DNA of 64,000 nucleotides. It comes from Balanoglossus misakiensis. Its lineage: Eukaryota; Animalia; Hemichordata. Positions 22,901-36,037 of the stretch are shown piece after piece (the stretch's first letter is position 1; each line of letters opens with the position of its first letter). Position numbers and translations under genes: made by a program. A model generated the notes under the pieces. The model saw nothing but the letters and a program-made list of their open reading frames with translations, ran no database searches and was not told the origin of the DNA. Where the stretch lies: contig CM082595.2 of the NCBI GenBank assembly GCA_040954595.2, positions 9,909,918 to 9,973,917 of the forward strand. The letters are read 5' to 3'.

Positions 22901-25900
22901 ATCACCCAAGACAAAATTACCATTTTCGACTTTTTTTCGAAAAATTGTCTTTTTTACAAAATAAATAAGAATAAATTCTTTTCTTAGTTTCAAACGGGTA
23001 GAGATACTTTCCACACGGGTTTTCTAACATTGAATTCCCGTTCATCAACTCAGATTTCCTACAGCATAAGTCGGCTAAAACCCTGACACTCTAGAGCAGA
23101 AACAGTTGCACACTGGTAACGTTGAACGAGTCGATTTTTCTACGGCCTGGCTCGGCTAAATCTCCGTCACAATATTACAGACACTAGCGTACGTTAGCAA
23201 CGGTGATTAAGTCAGATTTTCTACGGCATGGCTTGGATAAAGCCCCGACACTCTAGAGCAGAAACACGCGTACAGAGACCACGTTGATCTACTCACATTT
23301 CCTTCGGCCTGGCACGGCTGATGCCCCGCACTATATATAGGACACAGACTGGCGTAAGTTAACAACGGTAATCACGTCGGGTTTCCTACGGCCTGGCTCA
23401 GCTGAAGCCCCGGCACTCTAGAGCAGAAACAGGCGTACATTGACCACGTTGATCAAGTCAGATTTCCTACGGCGTGACTCGGCTTGTGCACCGGCTCTAT
23501 ATGACACAGACTGGCGTAAGTTATCACCGGTGATTACGTCGGATTTCCTACGGTCTGGTTTAGCTGAAGCCCCGGCACTTTAGAACGGAAACACGCGTAC
23601 ATTGACCACGATGATCAAGTCAGATCTCCTACGGCCTGGCTCGACTAAAACCCCGGTACACCATGACAGACACTAGTGTTCGTTAGCAACGGCGATCAAG
23701 TCGGATTTCCTTCGGCCTGGCTCTGCAAAAGAACTGACACTCTAGTACAAAGACGTTGGCTAAGTCGGGCAAACCGAAGAGGGTAAGTCACAGCGGGTCA
23801 ACACTCGACATTTGTTCGGGTAGGACTGCATTATTGCCTGTCAATTTATAGAGAAAGCCCGAATTTAACCAGGGCGTTCCAAACACCGACGTTAGTTGGG
23901 GGCACGGCCTGCAGTACTGCCGGGTAAGCTGACATCGGCGTACCGCATATAATGTAGGGGGGGGGGGGGGGGGCAAACAGAACGGTTCAATACTACATTT
24001 ATCAGATATCAGCTAATTTTGGACAATCATCTAAAATCTAAATCATTTTTTCATATTTGGATATCTAATGATGTATGAAATTTCAATTATATGTAAAAAA
24101 TGGTGCTGATTATAAAAAATGCACTCTGAATGAGCTGATTTAATACAAAATTACGTTTTATTCGTTTTTGCACCTAAAAGGTCATTTTTAGGCAAAACAT
24201 TCTTTTTTTTTTAATTCGGTGACCTGATCATATATAAAGAATTGCTTGTATGTTAAAAGTTTTTATGACTTTTAAAAGCAGTGACACTGGCGGCATTCAA
24301 CACGAAAATAACAATTTTAGCCACAATTTGGTCAAAACGGTAAATTTTTGAAAATTACAAAAAATACCTGTTTTCTACATTTTCGGAAATCTGATGGAGT
24401 ATAGATTGCTCTTCGTATGTATATATCGATACAAATTCCACAAAAGACCGTCTAATTTGGCTCACTGCAGACAAAATTGCGTTTTACCAAATTTTCCTTG
24501 AAAATGTCATTTTTAGAAGAAAAAAAAATAAAAAAAACCTTTGTTCTTCGAATTTGGTGCCCTGATCATATATGACATGTTGATTGTATGTTAAAACTTT
24601 CGACCACTCCAAAAATGCAGATATATTGACGGAATTCAAGAAAAAATAGCCATTTTGGCCATATTTTGACAAAAATGGTAAATTTTTAAAAAATCATAAA
24701 AAATTAACTCTATTCTTCATTTTCGGAAATATTATGGAGCATGAAGTGTCGTTCTCTTGCAAAAAGTGCTGCAAATTCCAGAAAAGGCGGTATAATTTGA
24801 ATCACCCAAGACAAAATTACCATTTTCAACTTTTTTTCGAAAAATTGTCTTTTTTACAAAATAAATAAGAATAAATTCTTTTCTTAGTTTCAAACGGGTA
24901 GAGATACTTTCCACACGGGTTTTCTAACATTGAATTCCCGTTCATCAACTCAGATTTCCTACAGCATAAGTCGGCTAAAACCCTGACACTCTAGAGCAGA
25001 AACAGTTGCACACTGGTAACGTTGAACAAGTCGATTTTTCTACGGCCTGGCTCGGCTAAATCTCCGTCACAATATGACAGACACTAGCGTACGTTAGCAA
25101 CGGTGATCAAGTCAGATTTTCTACGGCATGGCTTGGATAAAGCCCCGGCACTCTAGAGCAGAAACACGCGTACAGAGACCACGTTGATCAAGTCTGATCT
25201 CCTACGGCTTGGCTCGACTAAAACCCCGGCACACTAAGACAGACACTAGCGTTCGTTAGCAACGTTGATCAAGTCAGATTTCCTACGGCATGGCTTGGCT
25301 AAAGCCCTGGCACTCTAGAGCAGAAACACGCGTACAGAGACCACGTTGATCTACTCACATTTCCTTCGGCCTGGCACGGCTGATGCCCCGGCACTATATA
25401 TAGGACACAGACTGGCGTAAGTTAACAACGGTAATCACGTCGGGTTTCCTACGGCCTGGCTCAGCTGAAGCCCCGGCACTCTAGAGCAGAAACAGGCGTA
25501 CATTGACCACGTTGATCAAGTCAGATTTCCTACGGCGTGACTCGGCTGGTGCACCGGCTCTATATGACACAGACTGGCGTAAGTTATCAACGGTGATTAC
25601 ATCGGATTTCCTACGGCCTGGTTTAGCTGAAGCCCCGGCACTTTAGAGCGGAAACACGCGTACATTGACCACGATGATCAAGTCAGATCTCCTACGGCCT
25701 GGCTCGACTAAAACCCCGGCACACCATGACAGACACTAGCGTTCGTTAGCAACGGTGATCAAGTCGGATTTCCTTCGGCCTGGTTCTGCAAAAGACCCGA
25801 CACTCTAGTACAAAGACGTTGGCTAAGTCGGGCAAACCGAACAGGGAAAGTCGCAGCGGTTCAACACTCGACATTTGTTCCGGTAGGACTGCATTATTGC

Positions 25901-28900
25901 CTGTCAATTTAAAGAGAGAGCCCGAATTTAACCAGGGCGTTTCAAACACCGACGTTTGTTGGGGGCACGGCCTACAGTACTGCCGGGTAAGCTGACATCG
26001 GCGTACCGCATATAATGTAAGGGGGGGGGGGGGGGAACAGAACGGTTCAATACTACATTTGTTAGATATCAGCTAATTTTGGACAATCATCTAAAATCAA
26101 AATCATTTTTTCATATTTGGATATCTGATCATGTATGAAATTTCCATTATATGTAAACATTGTGCTGATTATAAAAAATGCACTCTGAATGAGCTGATTT
26201 AATACAAAATTGCGTTTTATTCGTTTTTGCACCAAAAAGGTCATTTTTAGGCAAAACATTCTTTATTTTATTAATTCGGTGACCTGATCATATATAAACA
26301 ATTGCTTGTATGTTAAAAGTTTTATGACTTTTAAAAGCAGTGACAATGGCGGCATTCAACACGAAAATAACAATTTTAGCCATAATTTGGTCAAAATGGT
26401 AAATTTTTGAAAATTACAAAAAATACCTGTTTTCTACATTTTCGGAAATCTGATGGAGTATAGAATGCTCTTCGTATGTATATATCGATACAAATTCCAC
26501 AAAAGACCGTCTAATTTGGCTCACTGCAGACAAAATTGCGTTTTACCAAATTTTCCTTGAAAATGTCATTTTTAGAAAAAAAAATAAAAACACTTTTGTC
26601 CTTCGAATTTGGTGCCCTGATCATATATGACATGTTGATTGTATGTTAAAACTTTCGACCACTCCAAAAATGCAGAGATATTGACGGAATTCAAGAAAAA
26701 ATAGCCATTTTGGCCATATTTTGACAAAAATGGTAAATTTTTAAAAAATCATAAAAAATTAACTCTTTTCTTCATTTTCGGAAATATTATGGAGCATGAA
26801 GTGTCGTTCTCTTGCAAAAAGTGCTGCAAATTCCAGAAAAGGCGGTATAATTTGAATCACCCAAGACAAAATTACCATTTTCGACTTTTTTCGAAAAATT
26901 GTCTTTTTTACAACATAAATAAGAATAAATTCTTTTCTTAGTTTCAAACGGATAGAGATACTTTCCACACGGGTTTTCTAACATTGAATTCGCGTTCATC
27001 AACTCAGATTTCCTACAGCATAAGTCGGCTAAAACCCTGACACTCTAGAGCAGAAACAGTTGCACACTGGTAACGTTGAACAAGTCGATTTTTCTACGGC
27101 CTGGCTCGGCTAAATCTCCGTCACAATATGACAGACACTAGCGTACGTTAGCAACGGTGATCAAGTCAGATTTTCTACGGCATAGCTTGGCTAAAGCCCT
27201 GGCACTCAAGAGCAGAAACACGCGTACAGAGACCACGTTGATTTACTCACATTTCCTTCGGCCTGGCACGGCTGATGCCCCGGCACTCTAGAGCAGAAAC
27301 AGGCGTACATTGACCACGTTGATCAAGTCAGATTTCCTACGGCGTGACTCGGCTGGTGCACCGGCTCTATATGACACAGACTGGCGTAAGTTATCAACGG
27401 TGATTACGTCGGATTTCCTACGGCCTGGTTTAGCTGAAGCACCGGCACTTTAGAGCGGAAACACGCGTACATTGACCACGATGATCAAGTCAGATCTCCT
27501 ACGGCCTGGCTCAACTAAAACCCCGGCACACCATGACAGACACTAGCGTTCGTTAGCAACGGTGATCAAGTCGGATTTCTTTCGGCCTGGCTCTGCAAAA
27601 GACCCGACTTTCTAGTACAAAGACGTTGGCTAAGTCGGGCAAACCGAAGAGGGAAAGTCACAGCGGGTCAACACTCGACATTTGTTCGGGTAGGACTGCT
27701 TTATTGCCTGTCAATTTATAGAGAAAGCTCGAATTTAACCAGGGCGTTTCAAACACCGACGTTAGTTGGGGGCACGGCCTGCAGTACTGCCGGGTAAGCT
27801 GACATCGGCGTACCGCATGTAATGTAGGGGGGGGGGGGAACAGAACGGTTCAATACTACATTTATCAGATATCAGCTAATTTTGGACAATCATCTTAAAT
27901 ATATCTAATTCATTTTTTCATATTTGGATATCTGATGATGTATGAAATTTCCATTATATGTAAAAATGGTGCTGATTATAAAAAATGCACTCTGAATGAG
28001 CTGATTTAATACAAAATTGCGTTTTATTCGTTTTTGCACCAAAAAGGTCATTTTTAGGGAAAACATTCTTTATTTTTTTAATTCGGTGACCTGATCATAT
28101 ATAAACAATTGCTTGTATGTTAAAAGTTTTTATGACTTTAAAAAGCAGTGACACTGGCGGCATTCAACACGAAAATAACAATTTTAGCCACAATTTGGTC
28201 AAAATGGTAAATTTTTGAAAATTACAAAAATTACCTGTTTTCTACATTTTCGGAAATCTGATGGAGTATAGAATGCTCTTCGTATATATATATCGATACA
28301 AATTCCACAAAAAAAACGGCCAATTTGGCTCACTGCAGACAAAATTGCGTTTTAGCAAATATTCCTTGAAAATGTCATTTTTAGAAAAAAAAAATAAAAA
28401 AACCTTTGTTCTTCGAATTTGGTGCCCTGATCATATATGACATGTTGATTGTACGTTAAAACTCTCGACCACTCCAAAAATGCAGAGATATTGACGGAAT
28501 TCAAGAAAAATAGCCATTTTGGCCATATTTTGACAAAAATGGTAAATTTTTAAAAAATCATAAAAAAATAACTTTTTTCTTCATTTTCGGAAATATTATG
28601 GAGCATGAAGTGTCGTTCTCTTGTAAAAAGTGCTGCAAATTCCAGAAAAGGCGGTATAATTTGAATCACCCAAGACAAAATTACCATTATCGACTTTTTT
28701 TCGAAAAATTGTCTTTTTTACAAAATAAATAAGAATAAATTCTTTTCTTAGTTTCAAACGGGTAGAGATACTTTCCACACGGGTTTTCTAACATTGAATT
28801 CCCGTGCATCAACTCAGATTTCCAACAGCATAAGTCGGCTAAAACCCTGACACTCTAGAGCAGAAACAGTTGCACACTGGTAACGTTGAACAAGTCGATT

Positions 28901-29535
28901 TTTCTACGGCCTGGCTCGGCTAAATCTCCGTCACAATATGACAGACACTAGCGTACGTTAGCAACGGTGATCAAGTCAGATTTTCTACGGCATGGCTTGG
29001 ATAAAGCCCCGGCACTCTAGAGCAGAAACACGCGTACAGAGACCACGTTGATCAAGTCTGATCTCCTACGGCTTGGCTCGACTAAAACCCCGGCACACTA
29101 TGACAGACACTAGCGTTCGTTAGCAACGTTGATCAAGTCAGATTTCCTACGGCATGGCTTGGCTAAAGCCCTGGCACTCTAGAGCAGAAACACGCGTACA
29201 GAGACCACGTTGATCTACTCACATTTCCTTCGGCCTGGCACGGCTGATGCCCCGGCACTATATATAGGACACAGACTGGCGTAAGTTAACAACGGTAATC
29301 ACGTCGGGTTTCCTACGGCCTGGCTCAGTTGAAGCCCCGGCATTCTAGAGCAGAAACAGGCGTACATTGACCACGTTGATCAAGTCAGATTTCCTACGGC
29401 GTGACTCGGCTGGTGCACCGGCTCTATATGACACAGACTGGCGTAATTTTTTTTTTTGTTTTTTTTTTTTATCTTTTATTAAAAAAACTTTCATTGTTAC
29501 ATTAACATATCAAAAAAAAGAAACCAACCGAAAAC

Positions 29536-32500
29536 TCACATCATAGATATAATAGCTTCAAAAATTCTTGCACTTTCTGAATTATTGCATATTTCCTTGT
29601 ATACCTTGTATCTCAATATGAATTCGTATTTTACTAGCACCATTAAAGGTGCTCTGGTTTCACTTAGCCAGTATTTATGTATACTCCATTTGCAAACTAA
29701 AATCAATAAATTTACAATATTTTCTTCAGATTTCGAAAGCATAACACTTCTAATGCAATTGAAAATTATATGAGCGCTTTGTAAAACAAAATCTTTACAA
29801 AAAAGTTGCCGAATTATGCGCTCGATTTTTGCCCAAAGTGATGTGGCTATAGTACAACGCACGTACTTGTGCTCAAGAGACTCTGGTATCTTACTAAGTT
29901 CACAATCCACACTGCTGCTCTTATTCCAATAAAACAAATACTTATTACATGGCAACAACCTGTGTAAAAGTTTCCATTGAAATTCCCGCAACTTTGTTTC
30001 CTTAGTTATTGCGTGTATGTTCTTCCAGACCGTTTCACTTTCTTTTGTAGTCTGGTTTGGTACCTCCAGCAATGTGTACCATTTGTTAAGTTTATCCACT
30101 TTTGGACTCCTTTGTGGAATGTTCGCATAAATGGCTTTACACGTAACGTTATTGATGGAAATCCAGTGTTTTCCATCCCAAATACCGTATTTACAATTTT
30201 TCAAGGATTTGTAGAAAAAGTTAAACTTGCTACACCATTTCAAAATTACATTTCTGTTTCCTTTGATGTTTTCACTTGCACTGTACCACGCATTTAAAAC
30301 CTTGACGTAAAATTCAGGGATCGCAGACTCTAAAGCCTTTGGTAGTGATTCCCAGAAAATGTTGTGCTGAATAAGATTACATGACTGAAGGTCATCCATT
30401 TGTAAATAATGCCATGGTATAGCAGACCAAGTGTTGCCTTTACACAAGACCAGTCTCTTGACCCATACTGCATAAAGAGAATCAATTTGCTTGTCTAAGT
30501 TGACACATCTGATGCCACCTTTGTCATAATCACTCTGAAGTATTACATTGCTTATATTTCGTTTTCTTCTTATAAAACCATCAATTAGCTTTCGAACAAC
30601 ACACTTAATGCCTTCAGGTATTCCAATCACTGATGTCAAAAACAAAATCTGTGAAATTGCAAAAACCTTCGTAATCATCACTCTCCCATAAAACGTAAGC
30701 CTTCTCCTTTCCCACATTTGTAGCACCTTTTTCAGTTTATCAATCTTAGGCTCCCAGTTAAGTTTGTTACATTTCTCAGTGTCATAGCCAAAATACACAC
30801 CAAGCGTTTTGATGGGCTCATTTGTCCATTCAACATTTCCCATTTTCTTTTCACTATTTCTGTTTTTTCCAACCCACATTGCCTTCGTTTTCTTGTTGCT
30901 CATTTTTAAACCACCACACTGATGAAAATCATCCATAACTTTAAAAACATTTTCTAATGACCGACCATCCCTTGTAAAAATAGTGGTGTCGTCGGCAAAT
31001 AATGAAATCTTCGCTGTATTATTACCATATAAGGGGATCCCGTTGATCTCCCCGTGTTGTCTTATTTTACATGCAAGTACTTCGATCACAAGTAAAAACA
31101 ATAAAGCCGAGAGGGAACATCCCTGTCGAACACCTCTATGTAATGAAAAGTATCCAGAGCACCATCCCTTATAAACAATACAACTAGAAATATTACTATA
31201 TAAAACTTCAATCCAGCGTATAAAGCCTGGACCAAAATTCATCTTTTTAAGCACGCTATACAAAAATTTCCAATTTACACTGTCAAACGCTTTCTCATAA
31301 TCTACAAAAAGGATCGCTCCTTCCAAACGCCGCTTTTTAGTGTAGTCTAGAACATCGGAGATCAGGCGAATGTTTTCTCCAATAAAACGGCCTTTCATAT
31401 AGCCTGTCTGATCTCTATGGATAATTGTAGGTAAAACACATTTGAGTCTGTTCGATAATGCCTTAGTGGCAATTTTGTAGTCAATGTTTAAAAGCGACAC
31501 AGGCCTCCAATTATTCAAGTCATTTTCATCTCCCTTTTTATACAACAATGTAATAATACCTCTTTTTTGTGTAGCAGAAAGTTCCCCTGACGACCAGGCT
31601 TCATTGAGAGATGAAGTGACAAATGTTTTTATTTCTGACCAAAAGAAAAGAAAAAATTCGACCGAAAGTCCATCACATCCCGGAGACTTGTTAGCTGCCA
31701 TGGTCTTCAAAGCGCGCAAACATTCCCTTTCCGTTAAATTACCTTCGCACTGTTCACTTTGTAGAGCTGTTAGTCCTGGTAAACTGCTATTTTCCAAAAA
31801 ATCGTCAATCGACTGATGGCAACATTTTCGCTGATAGATCGTCTCGTAGAATTCTCTTTGTTCCCGCAGAATCTCGTCCGTTTTTGTCACACACTTTCCA
31901 CTTCTGGTCACCAGCTCCTTAATTTCCTTTTTTCCTGCATTTCGCTTTTCTAATGATAAAAATACTTGGTATTCCTTTCTCCCTTTTCCACCCACGCTGC
32001 ACGCGATCTTATCTGCGCACCTTCAGCGAGTATGTTGTAAATATTCTCAAGGCGTTGTTTGGTTTCACTGTATTTCCGTATATTTTCATCTGATGGATTC
32101 ACCAGCATATTTCTTTCATCCGCTTTTAGCTGTTGCTCAAGCTTCGGTATTTCCTTATTGTGATCTTTTGTTCCATACCTTGTAAATTCCAATGCATATT
32201 CTTTAATTTCTTTCTTCATGATGTCCCATTTCATCCGATTATTTTCGAATGTCTTCTCACCACACTCTCTGATTACAGATTTGACTCCGTTGACAAAGCC
32301 TTCATTTTTTAAAAGCCTATTGTTCAGTTTCCATGTACCAGGCCCTCTACAATCTGAAGCGGTCTGCAATTCCACGTAAACAGCCATATGATCTGTGTAT
32401 ACAGCAGGACGAATATCCGATTTTTTGACATTCTTGACGAGGTGCTTTGAGATAAAAACATAATCTAATCGGCTATGAGTCGGTGATGGGGCCAATCTTC

Positions 32501-33092
32501 GCCAAGTAAACTGCCGTTGCCCAGGGTGGAAATTCCTCCAAACATCAATAAGTTGAAACTGATTACAAAAACTACGTAAGACTCTTCTTGATCCATCATG
32601 TGATTGCCGTGATTTCACACTTGACGCTCTGTCCAAAGTGTCGTTGAGTGCACAATTGAAGTCGCCTGCTATAAAAAGATTTTCGTAATAGCAGTGCGTG
32701 TCAACCAGGCCAGCTAGATCTTTCAAGAATTCCGTTCTTTGTTTCACGAGATTCGGGGCATAAACACTAGAAATTGAAAGCTTAACACCTACAAGGCTAC
32801 CGTTTATTATGCAAATTCTTCCGAAGTCGTCATTCCACACGGAATCAATGGTGAGGTCACATCTGCGCTCAATCAATATTGCCGTTCCTCTGCTATAATT
32901 GTCACCTTTCGAGAAGAATACTTTCCCTCCCCATTCTTTCTCCCAAGTGTCAATGTCTGTTCCATTTCCATGCAACTCTTGTAAAATCGCGATACTCGTT
33001 TTTTGGAGTTTTAGCCAGCGATATATACAGTTCCTTTTCGTTTTGTCTTTGAAACCCCTGACATTCAGGGTAACTAACTTCAGCGCTGCCAT
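29536..33092 (-). pseudogene. ORF2 (APE endonuclease + reverse transcriptase) split by a 1-bp frameshift
   Basis: EN motifs LNVRG, LQE, VYAPN, GDFN, SRLDY, TDH; RT motifs KSPGCDG, WRPVSLLN, DYEKAFD, GVRQGCSLS, LFADD. One extra T in the run at 31958-31962 joins GERNTKYF to LSLEKRN. Confidence 0.92.
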
Positions 33093-36037
33093 CAGTAGCC
33101 TTTGATTCTGACTTGCTGCTGCTGCTTTCGTCTTCTTTTACGTTTTTTCTTATTTTCTTTGCTTTGGGTCAATGACAACAGTGGTGGCGATTCAGCAGAC
33201 AATTCAGAGAAATTTTCTCTTGATGTGTCATAACGCCGGTCCTCGCCACCTTCAATATCCGTTACATCACCTTCACTGACACTAGTATCGTTTTGTCTAT
33301 CGTCTCTGTTCTCTTTTAAGAACGCTAAAATTGAGCTTTGTGATTTAACGCTCGAGCTCGAGGGCTCAGGTGCTTTGTTTGCCAGACTTTGCGGTTTCTC
33401 AACACGGTCTTCGTCCCCCGTTTCACGCCTGGATGTTCCTTGTAACGGTGTGCTGAAGACGCTGTACAAATGCATTGCGCATAGTTGTGCGCATTCTTTG
33501 ACAATGGTTCGTCGATTAACAATGGAGGGGTGGTCGAGACTTTGATTCCTAAGCGCATCAACATAAATGGAGGTGCTTGGGTTACTCAACCGTCAATCTT
33601 TCCAAAGTAAAAACTTCACAGGGATTAATATACACGAACAACAAAATTCTAAATGCATTTTTATAGTTTATTTTGAGTCATTTTCTGCAAGGAATAAATC
33701 ACGCACATTTGTCCCTCCGTTTTGGAGCCTTCATTTTTTCAGTGATGTATCCCCAGTTTTATGGAGTTGCTGGTTTCAAATTAAAGTTGCTGGTTCCAAA
33801 ACTTTTCCAAATTGAAGCTTAGTAATTGACTCAAAGCCATACTTTTGCCCGGAAAAAACTTCGCTTGCCCGAGTATGTTTCCAAGCTTCCGAAGTTGGTC
33901 ATGCCTTATTTAGCGAAAGTTTGGCATGGTTATTACCCTGGGTTATTACTGCCGAGACGAGATTCAAGACACTGCACAAGGCTATCGTCCCCGATGATGC
34001 AACCACTTGAACGTGAAATTAGCAGATAATGCTATTAATAATATTAAATTACTAATAGCTATACAAAATAACAAAAAATGTTGTTTCTGTAACACCATGG
34101 ACGTAGAACTAGAATGATTTTGATCGTGTTTTGATGTGGAAGTCAGTCTTGCCGCGAAATTCGCACGTTTACTGATGTAATTAATTAACATAACGATAGC
34201 GCGGCGCGAATTTTGAACTATTACCATGACGGCGTCCTTAGAAACAAACTTGCTGTAAGTTGGAAATTTGAAATCATTCACTCATAAGTAAGCCAGTCAG
34301 TACTACGCCAAACCTGACGATGGCGATGATATGCGCTTTGTCACCACGTACACAGTCTCAATACCAAGATTTATGCAGTGGTGAGCGCCGTCGAGTCTAT
34401 GGTAGATATGCATTGTTTGCTACAGTGGTAGGAAGGTGAATTTTTATGCAGGTTTCATTACGAAATGTTTCCTTGATGTACAGGAGTTGAGATATTTGTA
34501 CAAATAACCTACGAATTTTAAAACTGCCTGTTTACTTCGCATGTACGTCACCGGGGTACGTCAACATCAGTCACCTGCACTTAATTATAGTATATACTGC
34601 GTTGCGCTAGTCTGTTCCTCGTCGCGTTTGTCTGTTTGGTGTTGTCTCAGAAACTATGAATATACACATACATGTATGTTAGTAGGCTTTGAAACTCCCT
34701 TTAATCAGAAATGTCGAAGGAATTTGGCGAACAACCTAAGCTCCTTTACGCGGATACGGGACCGGGGAACCAGACGCCATAATATCATTGAAATGACGCC
34801 ATTGTGATGTCAAGAATGTGCGAAATCCGTCCAAATGAAAATATTTAGTGCAATTATATTTTATTAAGTGTTGTTATTAGTAATCTGGGTCATTACTGCA
34901 CTATTCGGGTGCAAGTTCAACAACTGACCGACTTCTCGTACTGGCCGACTTCTCATACGCGCGTACTGGCCGACTTCTAATCTGACCAACTTCTCATGTA
35001 TTCGGTAAACACTCATTTCGTTTATACTTAACCAAGTTAAAGCGTCCGAAACGACAATTCATCTAACTCCTTTAACTCTATTTCTGTACTATTGGTTTCT
35101 CCTCATGATTACGGCCAGAAGTCTCAAGTAGTTGGCTCCAGCAGAGAAAACTTTTCGAATCACGCTGCATACGCTTCCGGGTTAACTCGCGCATGCGCGT
35201 TGCGTTTGTACAGCGTCTGGGTGTGCTGTCACTTTCTAGTCTCGATACCGCATCGGCAGGATTCGTAGACCTTTTCTGCATTGTGTATTTGGTGGACTGA
35301 GACGTTAATTCTTCGTGTACCTGAGAAGTCATACAATTTCTTGCAATATGCCCCTCTCTTTTACAGAGTCTGCATTTGATTTGTCCAGTGCAATTGTACG
35401 CAGTATGTCCCTCCTCTAAGCATTTGCCGCATCGTGGCTGCGTCTCCGCTGTGGATTGCTTATAAATAATCTTCGCGTAAAATGCACCGATCTTAACCTG
35501 AGCTGGTAATGGTGTCTTTGGTTTTTCGATGAACACAGTTCGATCCCCATTAAGAATGTTTGTCAACTTGCCTTCTAACCTCCATTTCTGTCTGGATATA
35601 TCTGTTTTGAGCTTACAGCCCAAACCAGTAAGTGTAGCGGCAATAGCATCATCATCGTGTGACAATGGTAGATCTTTTATCGTTAATCTTAACCAATCTT
35701 CATGAAACTCTCTTCGGAAGGGATTTCGCCCCCACAGCTCTATCGACTTCCCGCGTAGTGTGAGTCCATGTTGTAACAAAATTGTCCGGTCTGCTTCGTC
35801 ATTCATATAAATACGCCACAGACCTCTTATCCGTTGCAGCCCTTCCAAGCTGCCGATGGTGACAACTTCTGAAACGGCTGCTATAATTTCCTCACCTCTT
35901 AGCCATTGATTACTGTCCCTGGGAACTATGTCCGACTGCTTCAGAAAGACGGGTAGAACACCTACTTCACCGTCTTTGTCTTGCAGGCGTTTGGTCGTCA
36001 CCACCTGCGCATAACTGGCTTTGTCTCTGACGGCCAT
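33092..36037 (-). pseudogene. ORF1 (gag-like, two CCHC zinc knuckles) interrupted by a TIR element; about 390 aa when restored
   Basis: ATG at 36037; knuckles CGKCLEEGHTAYNC and CRLCKREGHIARNC. Removing 33456-35219 and one TSD copy joins ...LESDSTP to LQGTSRRETG...KKKRKRRRKQQQQVRIKGY* in frame (1173 nt). Confidence 0.9.
33456..35219. mobile_element. Non-autonomous DNA transposon with short TIRs and a 9-bp TSD (Mutator/MULE-like by TSD length)
   Basis: TIRs (A)AGACGCTGTACAAATGCATTGCGCAT and reverse complement (C)AGACGCTGTACAAACGCAACGCGCAT. TSD GGTGTGCTG at 33447-33455 and 35220-35228. No transposase ORF; the superfamily is inferred only. Confidence 0.88.

Noticed and set aside
31950-31995. 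Programmed frameshift between EN and RT
   Set aside because: L1/Tx1 ORF2 is normally one frame; a 1-bp homopolymer loss explains it.
33092-33589. Independent third ORF in the Tx1-type element
   Set aside because: It is the ORF1 C-terminus preceded by read-through from the nested transposon end.
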